Shown piece after piece: positions 25,815-38,710 of a stretch of 64,000 bases of DNA. The DNA lies in NCBI RefSeq assembly GCF_001194135.2, contig NC_068986.1, positions 95,451,530 to 95,515,529 on the forward strand. The letters run 5' to 3'. The translations under genes were made by a program, and so were the position numbers. The notes under the pieces are model-generated. The model was not told the DNA's origin and searched no databases. It worked only from the letters and a program-made list of their open reading frames with translations. The DNA is from Octopus bimaculoides (taxonomy: Eukaryota). Numbering within the stretch: the first letter of the stretch is position 1; each line of letters starts with the position of its first letter.

Positions 25815-26137
25815 GTGAAGGCCCGTGGCTTAGTGGTCAGGATATTCGGTCAGGGTATTGGGCTCACGGTTGTGAGTTCAATTCCCGGCAGCACGTTGTG
25901 TCCTTGAGCAAAACATTTTATTTCCCATCGGTCCAGTTTACTCAACTGGCAAAAATGAGCAGTAATTCAAAGAGCCGGCCTTGTCCCAATCTGTATCACG
26001 CTGAATCTCCCTGAGAACTACGTTAAGGATTGGCGTGTCTGTAGCGTGCTCGAGCAGTTGCTCGTTAATTTTACTAGCAGGCTGTTCTGCTGATCGGATC
26101 AACTGGAACCCTCGTCGTCGTAACCGACGGAGTGTCA
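25815..26137 (+). mobile_element. SINE family C variant
   Basis: A-box tggcttagtgg, B-box-like gagttcaattcc, and the family C tail ...gatcggatcaactggaaccctcgtcgtcgtaaccgacggagtg. Confidence 0.8.
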
Positions 26138-26980
26138 GTATATATATATATATATATNNNNNNNNNNNNNNNNNNNNNNNNNNNNNNNNNNNNNNNNNNN
26201 NNNNNNNNNNNNNNNNNNNNNNNNNNNNNNNNNNNNNNNNNNNNNNNNNNNNNNNNNNNNNNNNNNNNNNNNNNNNNNNNNNNNNNNNNNNNNNNNNNNN
26301 NNNNNNNNNNNNNNNNNNNNNNNNNNNNNNNNNNNNNNNNNNNNNNNNNNNNNNNNNNNNNNNNNNNNNNNNNNNNNNNNNNNNNNNNNNNNNNNNNNNN
26401 NNNNNNNNNNNNNNNNNNNNNNNTATATATATATATATATATGCATATATATATATGTATATCAATTACATAATATATGTGTATACGTATGTATGTATAT
26501 ATATATATGTGTGTGTATGTGGAGATGTGAGGATCTGTGTATGCGAGTCAATATGTCTATGTATGTATGTATGTATGTATGTATGTATGTATGTGTAAGA
26601 TATGTCAGCTGCCATCAGATATAAAATAATTAACAAATCAAGACAGCTTCTCTCTGCATACAAAGTCAAATGGGTTTCAGACGGACAGATGACGTTATTA
26701 AGAACACCATTGAATGACTTGACAAACTATTGATCAGATAAAGTGGCTTTGGGCTGACTATTTGTCTTTATATGTGCGTATACGTTTATATGTGAGAGTA
26801 TGTGTGCGCGTGTATATATGCTTGAATGTAAGCATACATATATGCAAATATAAATGTGCGTGTAAATATCGATATATATTCATATAAATATAAGTATACA
26901 ATTATGTGTACGTTATATGTACATATGCATCAGATATATGTATGTTTATAGATATATATTATATTACATACATATATATG

Positions 26981-27070
<90 letters not shown>

Positions 27071-28506
27071 CGAACAGTCTAATATATGCGCATGAGTAAT
27101 ATTCAATATCGAATGTTAATGTGTCACTGTGTACCTGTTTTAATGTATGCATATGTCCATTTATATGTCTACTGAGACTGCAAGTTAGCGGTTGCTAAGT
27201 CTATTTATTAAAAAATAGTTATATCACTCTAACTTTATTACTCATTAAGCACTGAGTAGTATTTGAAGAGAAGAGAGAGAAGAAAAGAGAAATGAAAGGA
27301 AAAAAACTATATCTATTCAATTGGGATTTCATATTTCCTCTGTTGGGATGTTATTGATATTTCCATGTAATCACTTAATTTATTAAAGATATTAGATAAT
27401 TCTAAATTACTAATTGGGCGCGAAATATTGTTTGAAGAAATAAATATGAAATTGAAAATGGAAAGAGAGTGTGTGTGTGCTATGAGAATTTCAAATTGCT
27501 CCCAACGGGATGTCGTTAAGTATTTTAATAGGTACCTACGCATGTGAGTGCGCAAAAAATTCAATGTAGTGAGCGCCTACTTATGCTAGTTTGATGCATC
27601 AAGATCACAAGCTTTCCTGTGATGCAGGGGCAACGGGAACGCATTTAATTGGTATAAGTTGACGTTTATCTGAGAAACACCTTTAAAAAACAGCCTTGAT
27701 TTTTCAAGTATGATGACAAACTAATTTAAAGAGAGGCTTCATCCACATATAACATCACAAAGGAGATAAAATACAAAACAAAACATATACCGTTTCGACA
27801 AATAACATTACATACTACCCCTTATCATTAAATGACCACTCTACGATATAAAACCTCATAAAACATAACAGCCAATGAGGAAATGTGCCCTACTATTAAA
27901 ACAGTGATACACAATACATCACGATTGAAATTTGAGAAGCAATACAAAGCAGGGAAATTAAGAAACGTTGATTACCCTATCATGACGAAACGAAAAGTAG
28001 TAACGTAATAAAAGAATGCTCAGTTAATCTAATAAAGAACGAACATACACTATACACTATATATGTATATATCCACCATCCTCTCTGCTCTCGTGTGACC
28101 TGTGGTCAACTTTCTTTTCACTCCAGCCGCTGTGAAGGCAAGACGAACTACTAGCGTTCTACCTCAGATTTGCGTTTGGCCGTACGGCTTTTGAATGTTG
28201 TTTTCACTGTCCATTTTTTCCTGTCTTGGTTTGCGTTTGCCACCTTGGAATCCTCTATGTAGTGGGTTGATCCACTACTCAGGAAGAGACTATTCTAGAG
28301 TACGTTCTGTCTTGTCTTCGAAACGTCTAGATAGAATAGAGACAGCTGATGAAGGGATATTCCAAGTGGCTTTCCGTTTTCCTATGTGTTCGTTCCGTTG
28401 TCTGTAGTTTATTGTTCTAACGTCCTGTACCCTGATATGCATGTATATACACATGTAGATGTAAGTATGTACATATATGTGTGTATACATGTATATATAT
28501 TCTTTG

Positions 28507-28549
<43 letters not shown>

Positions 28550-28852
28550 GTTTAATGTGTGTATCTACAATTCTAATATGCGAGTTTCATTGGGAAATGC
28601 AAACAAATATATCTTTTTGTCACTTGGAAAATATTAAATTGTTCTAAGTAGTTTAATTTCTATTTGGAGAGTCATCGAAGAACAAATACTTTCATTTCAA
28701 ATTTCTGATTATTCAATATACATACATACATATATACATATATACGCGTGTGTATGTGTGTGTATGCATGTATGTATGTATGTATGTATGTATGTATGTG
28801 TGTATATGTATACGCATATCTATCTATGTATGTGTATATGTACATGTATGTG

Positions 28853-28910
<58 letters not shown>

Positions 28911-28923
28911 NNNNNNNNNNNNN

Positions 28924-28987
<64 letters not shown>

Positions 28988-29341
28988 CGAGGAGACAATT
29001 GGTGAAATAGGGAGATAGCTACATACGTACAAACATCTAAATACACGTGTATATAGAAATTTAGATAGATGTACATAAACACATATACAATACACACACG
29101 TGCAATTGTAAGTACATGCACACATGGACATAGGTTTATATACATATGTATAAATACACACATACACACACACACTCACACATGTATGCACGCGTGTGTG
29201 TGTGCATATGTTTAAGTTTGTATATACGTGTGCATGTGTATTACCTTTAAATACGCTTATGTATAAATACGTATTCATGGATAGATATTTATGTGTACAT
29301 ATATTATATATGTATTATGTGTATATATATATATATACACA

Positions 29342-29657
29342 TAGGAATGGCTGTGTGGTAAGTAGCTTGCTTACCAACCACATGGTTCCGGGTTCATTCC
29401 TACTGCGTGGCATCTTGGGCAAGTGTCTTCTACTATAACCTCGGGCCGATCAAAGCCTTGTGAGTGGATTTGGTAGACGGAAACTGAAAGAAGCCCGTAG
29501 TATATATGTATATATGTGTGTGTGAGTCTGTGCTTGTCCCCCCAAGATCGCTTAACAACCGATGCTGGTGTGTTTACGTCCCCGTAACTTAGCGGTTCGG
29601 CAAGAGAGACCGATAGAATAAGTACTAGGCATCCAAAGAATAAGTCCTGGGGTCGAT
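29342..29657 (+). mobile_element. SINE family B, cut by a gap
   Basis: tggctgtgtggtaagtagcttgcttaccaaccacatggttccgggttc head, internal tatatatgtgtg, tail to gaataagtcctggggtcgat. Confidence 0.9.
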
Positions 29658-30214
29658 NNNNNNNNNNNNNNNNNNNNNNNNNNNNNNNNNNNNNNNNNNN
29701 NNNNNNNNNNNNNNNNNNNNNNNNNNNNNNNNNNNNNNNNNNNNNNNNNNNNNNNNNNNNNNNNNNNNNNNNNNNNNNNNNNNNNNNNNNNNNNNNNNNN
29801 NNNNNNNNNNNNNNNNNNNNATATATATATATATATATATATATATACATGCATCTACTTATACATATGTTTATACACACACACACGCATATATATATAT
29901 ATATATCATATGTAAGTATGTAAATGTATAAAAATATGGAAGAGTTACTATAAAATAGTCAAGAGTGAAACACGGTCGTGCTTTCAGTATTACATTAATG
30001 CATTGCGTGTGTATCTGAGTATCTGCGTGCGTGTGTATGTATACATGTGAGCGAGCGAGTGCGCGTATGTGAGAAAATACAGAGATTAAATATTATAACT
30101 CTAGAATAGAATTAAACAGACAAGCTGTCTCAAATAGACAGATAGAAAGACAGTCAGACAGATAGACAGACAGATAGAAAAATAGATCACTACATATGTG
30201 AGTGTGTGCGTGTT

Positions 30215-30248
<34 letters not shown>

Positions 30249-30285
30249 CGTGCGTGTATTGACAGACAGACAGACAGACAGACAG

Positions 30286-30322
<37 letters not shown>

Positions 30323-30487
30323 TCTTTTATATGTGTTTGTATGTGTATGTATATATATATATATAAAGTTCATATACGGAGAGAGANNNNNNNNNNGTGT
30401 AGACTCGTCTAAAATTTGTCTTTAAATAATAATCTACAATTAATTCGAAGACTGATCGATAAAGAGGAAGGATAAAAATCGATGTTG

Positions 30488-30488
30488 C

Positions 30489-30552
<64 letters not shown>

Positions 30553-31630
30553 AAAACTATTTTGTTTTTCCAGTCTCCGTTTTTGCCATTGTTTTATTAT
30601 TTGTGTTTGTTTTTTTGTTTTTGCTGTTGTTGTAGATTTTCATATATAGTTATTCTTGTAGTTGATGCTATTTCTCCATGCTAACGTTGCTGTTGTTGTT
30701 GCTGTTGTCTTTGAGTTTGAAATTTTGGAGTTGTTGTTGCTGTAATTATCGCTGTTTTACTTGTTGCTGTTATATTTATTGTTGTTGTTGTTGTTGTTGT
30801 CGTTATTGTTGTTGCTTTTTGTTATTGCTGATCTGGTTGTTCGTATTACTATTGTTAGTATTTATTCATTTCTAGATTTTGTGCATATTTATTGTAATTA
30901 TTGTTGTTGCTGTTGTCGTTGTAGTTATTATTGTTGTTGTTGTTTTTATGGTTCATACTTTCATAATTATTGATTTATTTCCTCCAATGGAAAGCCAGTC
31001 GTTCTTTTAAGAAATAAAGAAATAAATACAAATATGAATAGATAAACAGATAAATAAACAAGACAAGACATTAAAACGAAAGAAAACACATACATTAAAA
31101 CAAAACTAAAATAACAAAACAAAGCATATTTAAAACGAAATCTTAGAAAACGAAATGAATCAATATGGCGTCTCTATAATTTAACATCCCAGCGATCATT
31201 GTGTGAAATAGAGTTAACGTTTTTTGTTTTCGCTTTCGTTCTTTGATTACATTCTCTGTCCGCCCAGATATTTAAATACTGCAACTCTCTTTATCCATCC
31301 ATCCAACTATTTCTGAATCTTCATGCTTTTCCCCATATTCCCAGCATATTCCATATCCCTTTCCTTCATATGTCTTCTCTCCTTTCTACTTCTTCTCCTT
31401 CATCTTCCTCTTTTTCTTCTCTTTTATTTGTTTTTTTCTACTTTTCTTTTGTTTCTCTTCTCTTTCTACCTGTATTTCTTCTACTTCTTTTTCTTTTTCT
31501 GTTTCTTCTCTTTCTTCTACTTCTGTCTTTTCTACTTTTTTCTCTTCTCTTTCTGCTATTTCTTCTATTTATATTTCTTTTATACTCACTCCCTTTCTTC
31601 TTCTTTCGGCTTTTCCTCACCTTATATCAT
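30488..31630. repeat. (GTA)n, (GTT/ATT)n and CT-rich low-complexity tracts
   Basis: Visible simple repeats; they explain the poly-C/L and K/R-rich ORFs here. Confidence 0.9.
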
Positions 31631-31825
31631 TATTACTGCTGTTGTCATCCTTCTACATCTTAGCTCTCCGTTGTTAATCCACCAGTATTGAATTGCTAGA
31701 CATCAAGCTGCGTCCCACAGCCTTAAGTATCTGCGTACTTTTGTTATGGCTGATGTATTGCCAAGCAAACAAACTTTCTGTAGCCTATACGAACTTCTGG
31801 AAAAGTTAAAAGTGGGTAAAACAAA

Positions 31826-32150
31826 TCTTGTTGGCACTCCGTCGCTTATGACGTCGAGGGTTCCAGTTGATCCGATCAACGAAACAGCCTGCTCGTGAAA
31901 TTAACGTGCAAGTGGCTGAGCACTCCACAGACACGTGCACCCTTAACGTAGTTCTCGGGGATATTCAGCGTGACAGTGTGACAAGGCTGGCCCTTTGAAT
32001 TACAGGCACAACAGAAACAGGAAGTAAGAGTGAGAGAAAGTTGTGGCGAAAGAGTACAGCAGGTTTCGCCGCCATCNNNNNNNNNNTCGAAACCGCGATC
32101 CTATGACCGCGAGTCCGCTGCCCTAACCACTGGGCCATTGCGCCTCCACC
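31826..32150 (-). mobile_element. SINE family C
   Basis: Reverse complement matches 45776-46163; contains an internal 11-N gap. Confidence 0.9.
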
Positions 32151-32451
32151 CGGGTAAAATAAATAATGTGTTGATAAAGAAAGAGACCGAAAACAAATAC
32201 CAGGCACCCCTAGGGGATAGACGGGCAAAAATACGCCAAAGGTCTAACAGTAGCCAAGTGACCACTACTCAGATTGGGAAACTTCACGGTTCGGATAACA
32301 CAAAAGATGCTTGTTGCCAAGTTCGAAGGATCAGAGTGATGGAGTGACTTGATCTTAATCCAGGGACAGCTTCTCATATTTTGGGGGTTGATGGCAAATT
32401 TTTGCGTTCTGTTTACTACCCAACCTATCCCTGCTTTTAAATAAATAAATT

Positions 32452-32493
<42 letters not shown>

Positions 32494-32494
<1 letters not shown>

Positions 32495-32710
32495 GAGGGG
32501 ATACTGAAAAGTTCCTGCCTTTGGGTAAAATAAAGTACAGGAGGATCAGTTAATTGTGATTTTATTCAACATATTTCCCTCTCAGATTCACACACTTATT
32601 GCAGCGGTCCTTCAGTTTTTCTGAACCCTGTAAAAGAACTCGGAAGCTTGGGCCTCCGACCAGGCCTTTCGTGATGCCCTTAAAACCAGGAACTTTCCAG
32701 CATCCCGTCG
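32494..32710 (+). mobile_element. Mariner-type MITE (cgagg-TIR family), copy 2
   Basis: TA|cgaggggatactgaaaagttcctg ... caggaactttccagcatcccgtcg; homologous to 11620-11840. Confidence 0.85.
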
Positions 32711-32874
32711 TGTGTATATTTTGCTTCGGCATTGCTAGACTAATAACCTGGTGTAGATACATACATACATACATACATACATACATACATACATACATGC
32801 ATGCTTTGTACTCCTTTTTATATGACACATTTTGTATTATATGTATGGTTCCTTGTGGTCAATAACGAAAAGAT

Positions 32875-33170
32875 TGCGGTGAATTGGCAAAATCGTTTAA
32901 GTGTCGGGCAAAATGCGTTGCGGTGTTTGTTTCGGCTCTTTATGATCTGAGTTCAAATCTCATTGAGGTCAACTTTGTTTTTATTCTTTCGAAGTAGATT
33001 AAAATAAAGTACCAGTCATTTACTAGAGTCGATATGATCGACAAACCTTCTTCCCTAAAATCGCTAGCTTTATGCCAAAATGTAAAACAGTTATCATCAT
33101 CATCATCATCATCACCACCACCATCATTATCATCATCATCATCGTCGTCGTCATCAACATCATTATCATT
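32875..33170 (+). mobile_element. SINE family A with (ATC)n tail
   Basis: ctgagttcaaatctcattgaggtcaactttg..aataaagtaccagt followed by (atc)n. Confidence 0.75.
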
Positions 33171-33831
33171 TCTTGCGCTGGAACGAAATGTTTGTTCTTG
33201 TCTCCTAAAACTTGGATGTTACTTGGTATTTTTATGTGTGGAAAGTTTGTAATTTATGTATACCATAGTGAAACAAAGATATCTATTACCTATTTGCATC
33301 GTCTTCCTCTTCGGAGCAAAACGACATTATAGTTCGTTCGACTTATTTTCAATTTCTGTAATGCTTTGTATTATATAGGAACAAATCAATTCTACCAAGT
33401 AAGATAACTTCCTTTAAAAGAAAAATCTAAATGTTTATACAAACGTTAAGCGGAAAAATAAGAACATGAACACAAATACTTTACACTTACACAGACTTTT
33501 CGGAAGGAAAAATAATTAAGATTTTTCGAGTAACGAAGATGACTTTGATGTTTCGCTCGACAATAACGACAGCAAAAGCGGTAAAAACAACTCTATCACT
33601 GAAACACATGTGTGTTTTTTCAGAAAATTTTGTAATGAAAATGAAACGAATCATATGTTGTAGGCATTTATGTGAGTGAAGACGCCTAACCAAATAGTCA
33701 GGGTGTTGTCTGCAAGATTGTGGTTTCGGTACCGGGACTGGGTAGTACGTCTCGTAGTGTTGTTGAGCAAAAGATTTCATTTTATGTTGCTCCAGTTCTC
33801 TCAGTTGTAAATGAGTAACCATCTGACGGAC

Positions 33832-35859
33832 TGGAGAAGACATCTGAAATTAGTTTCGCTGTTGGGATCCAAAGTTACTTGTAGATCAGGGTTGTTTTCT
33901 CTCCATATTTTATATGTACTTTTTGTGGTGGTCTCGTTTAGGAGGTAAGATCTACCTGTAAAATAGGCATGTGGTATAGAAAATTATTCTTCTGGCATCT
34001 ATATATGTTTTTGTTTGTTTTAATTGTGGCATACTATACAACCGCTCACGCATACACAGGGAGAATGCTGTGAGTTCGGTTAACTATGCATGAGAAGCGG
34101 CTTGATGAGTCCTAGGACTCAGAACAGTAGTTGTTGATTTCGATGATGATGATGATTAATATATATGTATGTATGTAGTAAAGTGGAGAGCTGGCAGAAT
34201 CGTTAGCACGCCGCGCAAAATGCTTAGCGGCATTTCGTCCGTCTTTACGTTCTGAGTTCAAATTCCACCGAGATCGACTTTACCTTTTATCATTTCGGGG
34301 TCGATAAAATAAACATCAGTTGATGTAATCAACTTAACAACTCCCTCCGAACTTGCTGGCCTTGTACCAAAATTTGAAACCAGCATATTTGTATGTAGTC
34401 TTTGGGATTTTTTCTTTTGTCTTGGGGATTAAGAAGATAATGTTCTCAGTAATCCATTCAAGTGTTGTTTCTGGAGTTTGTTTTTCATTGAATCTTTAAT
34501 ACTTTTGCTACCACACTGGGCCTTTTAAATATTTTAATTCGAAATTTACATTTTTAATTTTTTGTTTTTCTGTTTTGTCACATCCGAGTTATTTGCCGTG
34601 CTGTTAATGCTTCCATTTATTGTTCAATTGCTACACTTGTTGTTTTAAACATTCTCACTTGTAGAGATCCCTTTGCTGTTCATACTTCTCAACCGAACTC
34701 TTCTACTTCTCTTGCTGTGAGCATTGAATTGATTTCTCTTTTAATTTTACCTAGCTCTTGATAAAAATCATTTCAGTTTGGAGTTGAACCAATTGTTTTG
34801 CTCAAAAACAAAATCGTTGAATTTTTCAAAATGGTGGATTGCTTACAAATTAATGAGGATTTCACGGTTTAGGCGTCCTTTGTTTTCGAGTATTTCTTGG
34901 TTTTTTTTCTTTCATTTCTGTAGAATTTGTCTTTTATTTTCACTCAAATCCTTCCGTTATTGATTTCCTCAAGGACAGGATGGTCTTTTTTTTTTTCTAT
35001 TTTTCTCAATATGTTTATTTTCCACGTTGTTTGCTTCAGTTTAGATCGTCATATATCAGAAATTCTCAGGGAATACCCACTCTTCTTTGTAACTACGCTG
35101 GCTATTGCGTAGCTTATTTGATATATTCAAGTGATATTGATATTTGCATTTGTTTTCACTAAATCTGCGATGGCTACGCTTGGTGGTGGTGGTGGTGTTT
35201 GTTGTTGCTGCAGCTGCTGCTGCTGTTGTTGTTGTCAGTATTTTATTGTTGTTTTATTTTCACGAGTTACTTTCTTTAGTCCATAAGAAGATCTATCGAT
35301 TTTAATTCTTTGACTATTTCTACCTTTACATAATTGTCATAATCGAAATTTCCATCTTTAGAAGTTTTTATTCCCGAATCTGTTTCATATTCACTTGCAT
35401 TCATAGTTTCGTTTGTGTAGTTTTGGTTCGACATTTGTTGGTCAGTTTTCTATGGATATTCTTGAGTTTGATTTTGTTATTTAGTCTGGCGTGTGTTAGA
35501 TCTAGCTTCATGATTTACATTCTCAATGCTTATAACTTTAGCATTTTCATTCTCTTTTTCTTTGTTTCATACTTATTTGCATTTTCCTTATATAGTCTTT
35601 ATTCCAAGTAATCTGTTTCTATGTCTGATATCGTTTGGGTTTGGAGAAGACATCTGAAATTAGTTTCGCTGTTGGGATCCAAAGTTACTTGTAGATCAGG
35701 GTTGTTTTCTCTCCATATTTTATATGTACTTGTTGTGGTGGTCTCGTTTAGGAGGTAGGATCTACCTGTAAAATAGGCATGTGGTATAGAAAATTATTCC
35801 TCTGGCATCTATATATGTTTTTGTCTGTTTTAATTGTGACATAATATACAACCGCTCAC
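33832..35859. repeat. 218-bp direct repeats (33832-34049 and 35642-35859) around a T-rich, probably LINE-derived segment
   Basis: The copies differ at roughly 7-8 positions. Minus-strand TTLDL-VT...ISD at ~35720-35620 resembles an APE endonuclease C-terminus (weak). Confidence 0.8.
34184..34383 (+). mobile_element. SINE family A
   Basis: gagctggcagaatcgttagcacgccg..ttctgagttcaaattccaccgagatcgacttt..ccaaaatttgaaac. Confidence 0.9.
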
Positions 35860-35864
35860 ACACA

Positions 35865-35959
<95 letters not shown>

Positions 35960-36007
35960 GAAGTTTGAAAACGCCACTATATAAGATAAATTTTAATTTT
36001 CTGAGAG

Positions 36008-36054
36008 ATTTTACATGTTTCGGTTCCTTTTGAAAAAACGAACCTTATCAAAAA
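36008..36054 (-). ncRNA. Type I hammerhead, U3-A8 core variant (3' pLTR, sense to the PLE ORF)
   Basis: attt-TTGATAA-ggttc(gttttttcaaaag)gaacc-GAAA-catg-TA-aaat; palindromic ACAUGU stem III. Confidence 0.65.
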
Positions 36055-37973
36055 TATATATTTTTAAAAGTTAAGTGTAATAAAAGAAAAGTTGGCTGTA
36101 ATAGCAGCAGTAGCAGAGACCGTTGTTTGCAGTAGTAGTAGTGATCGTGGTGGTAGTGGTGGTTGGAGTTGTAGAATTCTTTTTTTCTTTTTGGATAACC
36201 AATATATGGTTTTAATGTTCCTGACCCAGGGTGTTTAAACGTGGTCCGAATTTTCTAATGAAATGAAGTTCTTTGTTATAACGTTGGGTGAAGATTGCGT
36301 TGTTATTGAATTGGTAAAATGGGAAAGTTGTCAATTTTGGATGGTCGCTGACAGGTATTTTCCTGTATTCAGGATTCCTAATTTGGGATTTATGTACTGC
36401 CATCCTTTTTCGTAGGCTGTTTTTTGTATGACCAATATATTGCCTATTGCACCCTGCGCATGTCATCACGTAAATTAAGTTTTCCGATGCACAGGTGAAG
36501 TTTGTTCTGATGGTAAAATGATGGCCTTGTTCTAATGTATATTCCGAACATTCTAATAAGATGTCACAGATCCTGCAGTTGGGCTTTCCACACTTTTTAA
36601 CTGCTGGTTTTGTGGTTGTTATTGGGTGCAGTTTAGCCTGGGTTAAAATCTTCTTTAAGGATTTTGGTTGCCGTTTACTTTTCATGATGGTGTACGTTTG
36701 GAGGATTCGGTTCATCTTTGGGTCTCCCTTGAGTAGGGCTGTGCTTTGGAGAGTGGTGTTGAAGGCCTCATTGTTAAGTGGGTTGTGTGTAGAGATGTAG
36801 GGTATGGTTTATAATTTTTCTTCCTTTTTTGGTTTTGGTTGTCTCAGGTCTTCTATATTTGATTTAAATGCTCGTTGGATTGCATTGTCTATTAGGAGTT
36901 GTGAATAATTCCTATTTATGAGTGTAGTTATGAGTTCCTGGAGACGTGTGTGTCGGGTGTTTGTGTCTGATACTAGGTGCAAATCCTTTTGGCTAAACAG
37001 AAGGAGATATTCTTTCTTGTGTGTCTTGGGCGGCATGAGTCAAATGGTAGGTACTGCTTTGAGTCTGTCGGTTTATGATAGATATCCGTCTCTATTTTGT
37101 TGCCGACTTTCTTAATGAGGATATCTAGAAATGGTAGTTTTTCCTGGTAATGTTCTATCGTGAACTGGATGTTTTCATTAATTCCAATTAGTATTATTTT
37201 AAATTCCTCAAGTTTTTCTATACTTTCATCCCAGACGATGAAGCTGTCGTCGAGATATCTTTTCCAGTTGTTCTGGATATAGGTGGGAAAAGAGTTTCCA
37301 TATTTCTCGAGTGTTTTCTGGTAAAGTATTATTTCGAGGTAGCCCATTACTAGGTTAGCAAAAGAAGGCGCAGTACGTGTACCCATGGTTGTTCCCGATC
37401 TTTGTCTGCAGTAGTCATTATTAAATATAAATTAATTGTTTTCTAAGATAAATCTCAGTCCTTCTTTTATGAGTTCTTTATTTACGCGAGTTGGAAGTTC
37501 AAAGGAGTAGTTGTTTAGCCAGAAAGTGATCGCTTCTATTCCTAGGGTGTGGGGTATGTTTAACTAAAGGTTAACTACGTCGAAGGATACTAGCAGGGCT
37601 TTCTCATTGACTGTTTTTAAGGAGGTGGTTAAGCATGTCTAGATCGTCTCTTATGTAGCTTTTGACATGCTTAAGGAAAGGTTTCAGAAGTATGTCTAAG
37701 AAGTTGCTGAGGCAGTGAGTTTCGCATGCTAGACCTGCTATTACCGGTCTAAGTTTAAGATCATTCGGTGAGGGGATTTTGATGATTATGTCAGTAGTAC
37801 TGTTTTACGGTTTGTTGACCGCTCTTCGGAGAAAACGTACCCATTTTCCACCCCACGCACAAGACAGCCATTATGTTCCCACACATAAAACGCTACCACT
37901 TGGACTCTGTTGAAACTAGTAAGAAATAATTATGAACTTTTCTTTTATTACACTTAACTTTTAAAAATATATT

Positions 37974-38019
37974 TTTTTGATAAGGTTCGTTTTTTCAAGA
38001 AGAACCGAAACATGTAAAA
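37974..38019 (+). ncRNA. Type I hammerhead, U3-A8 core variant (inverted 5' pLTR)
   Basis: ttt-TTGATAA(37977-83)-ggttc(gttttttcaagaa)gaacc-GAAA(38007-10)-catg-TA-aaa. Confidence 0.65.
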
Positions 38020-38067
38020 TCTCACAGAAAATTAAAATTNNNNNNNNNNTATATATATATATATATA

Positions 38068-38710
38068 TATTCTTTTATTTTTTATTTGTTTCAGTTATTT
38101 GACTGCGGCCATGCTGGAGCACCGCCTTTAGTCGAACAAATCGACCCCAGGACTTATTCTTTGTGTGCCTAGTACTTATTCTATCGGTTTCTTATGCCGA
38201 ACCTCTAAGTTACGTGGACATAAGCACACCAACATCGGTTTTCAAGCGATGGTGGGGGGGACAAACACAGACACACAAACATATACATATATATATTAGT
38301 CTGGTGCATAACTATTGCGACTTTTTTTCAACAAATTTTATTCAGCAAAAGCAATAACAATTTTTAACAAAAACATCTTTAAATGACGGTCTGACAGTCT
38401 GCCAAGCAAATGTAATTGAAGTAGATGGTGAATATGCTCTGGAATAATCATTTAAAGATGTTTTTTTACATGTTGCTATTGCTTCTGTTGAATAAAATTT
38501 GTTGAAAAAAAAGCCGCAATAATTATGCACCAACCCTATATATATATATATATATATATACGACAAGCTTCTTTCAGTTTCCGTCTACCAAGTACCGGAT
38601 TTTTTAAAAATAAGTACTGGGGGGGGGGTTGATTCGTTCGACTAGAGTTCTTCAAGTCGGTGCCCCAGCATGGCCGCAATCTAATGACTGAAACCAGTAA
38701 AAGATAAAAT
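38068..38710. mobile_element. SINE family B (minus, 38068-38590) interrupted by a MITE and fused to an inverted family B tail (plus, 38591-38710)
   Basis: Tail half, (TA)n, MITE, (TA)n, cgacaagcttctttcagtttccgtctacca, then gtacc...cagcatggccgcaatctaatgactgaaac. Confidence 0.8.
38296..38538. mobile_element. Mariner-derived foldback MITE inserted in a SINE's internal (TA)n
   Basis: TIRs ttagtctggtgcataactattgcgactttttt / aaaaaagccgcaataattatgcaccaaccct; ~90 bp of inverted arms; the core encodes VIEVDGEY (mariner C-terminus). Confidence 0.9.

Larger units (their letters stand above)
35990..38039 (-). mobile_element. 5'-truncated Penelope-like element (RT + GIY-YIG) bounded by ~105-bp inverted pLTRs (35990-36093 and 37935-38039)
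   Basis: Minus strand: LRPVIA, LVSFDVVNL, GTTMGTRTAPSFANLVMGYLE, WKRYLDD, LPFLD, IYHKPTD; then CGKPNCRIC..CASENLIYVMTCAGCNRQYIGHT..RMAVH. The CxxxxCxxC linker suggests the Neptune type (from memory). Frameshifted and stop-interrupted. Confidence 0.95.

Noticed and set aside
28274-28360. Possible tenth hammerhead (cta-CTCAGGA..gagac/gtcttc-GAAACGTC-tag) and a nearby CTGATGA
   Set aside because: G5 is mutated, stem I is only 3 bp, and the second core lacks a paired stem II and GAAA. It may be a decayed pLTR but is not supportable as a ribozyme.
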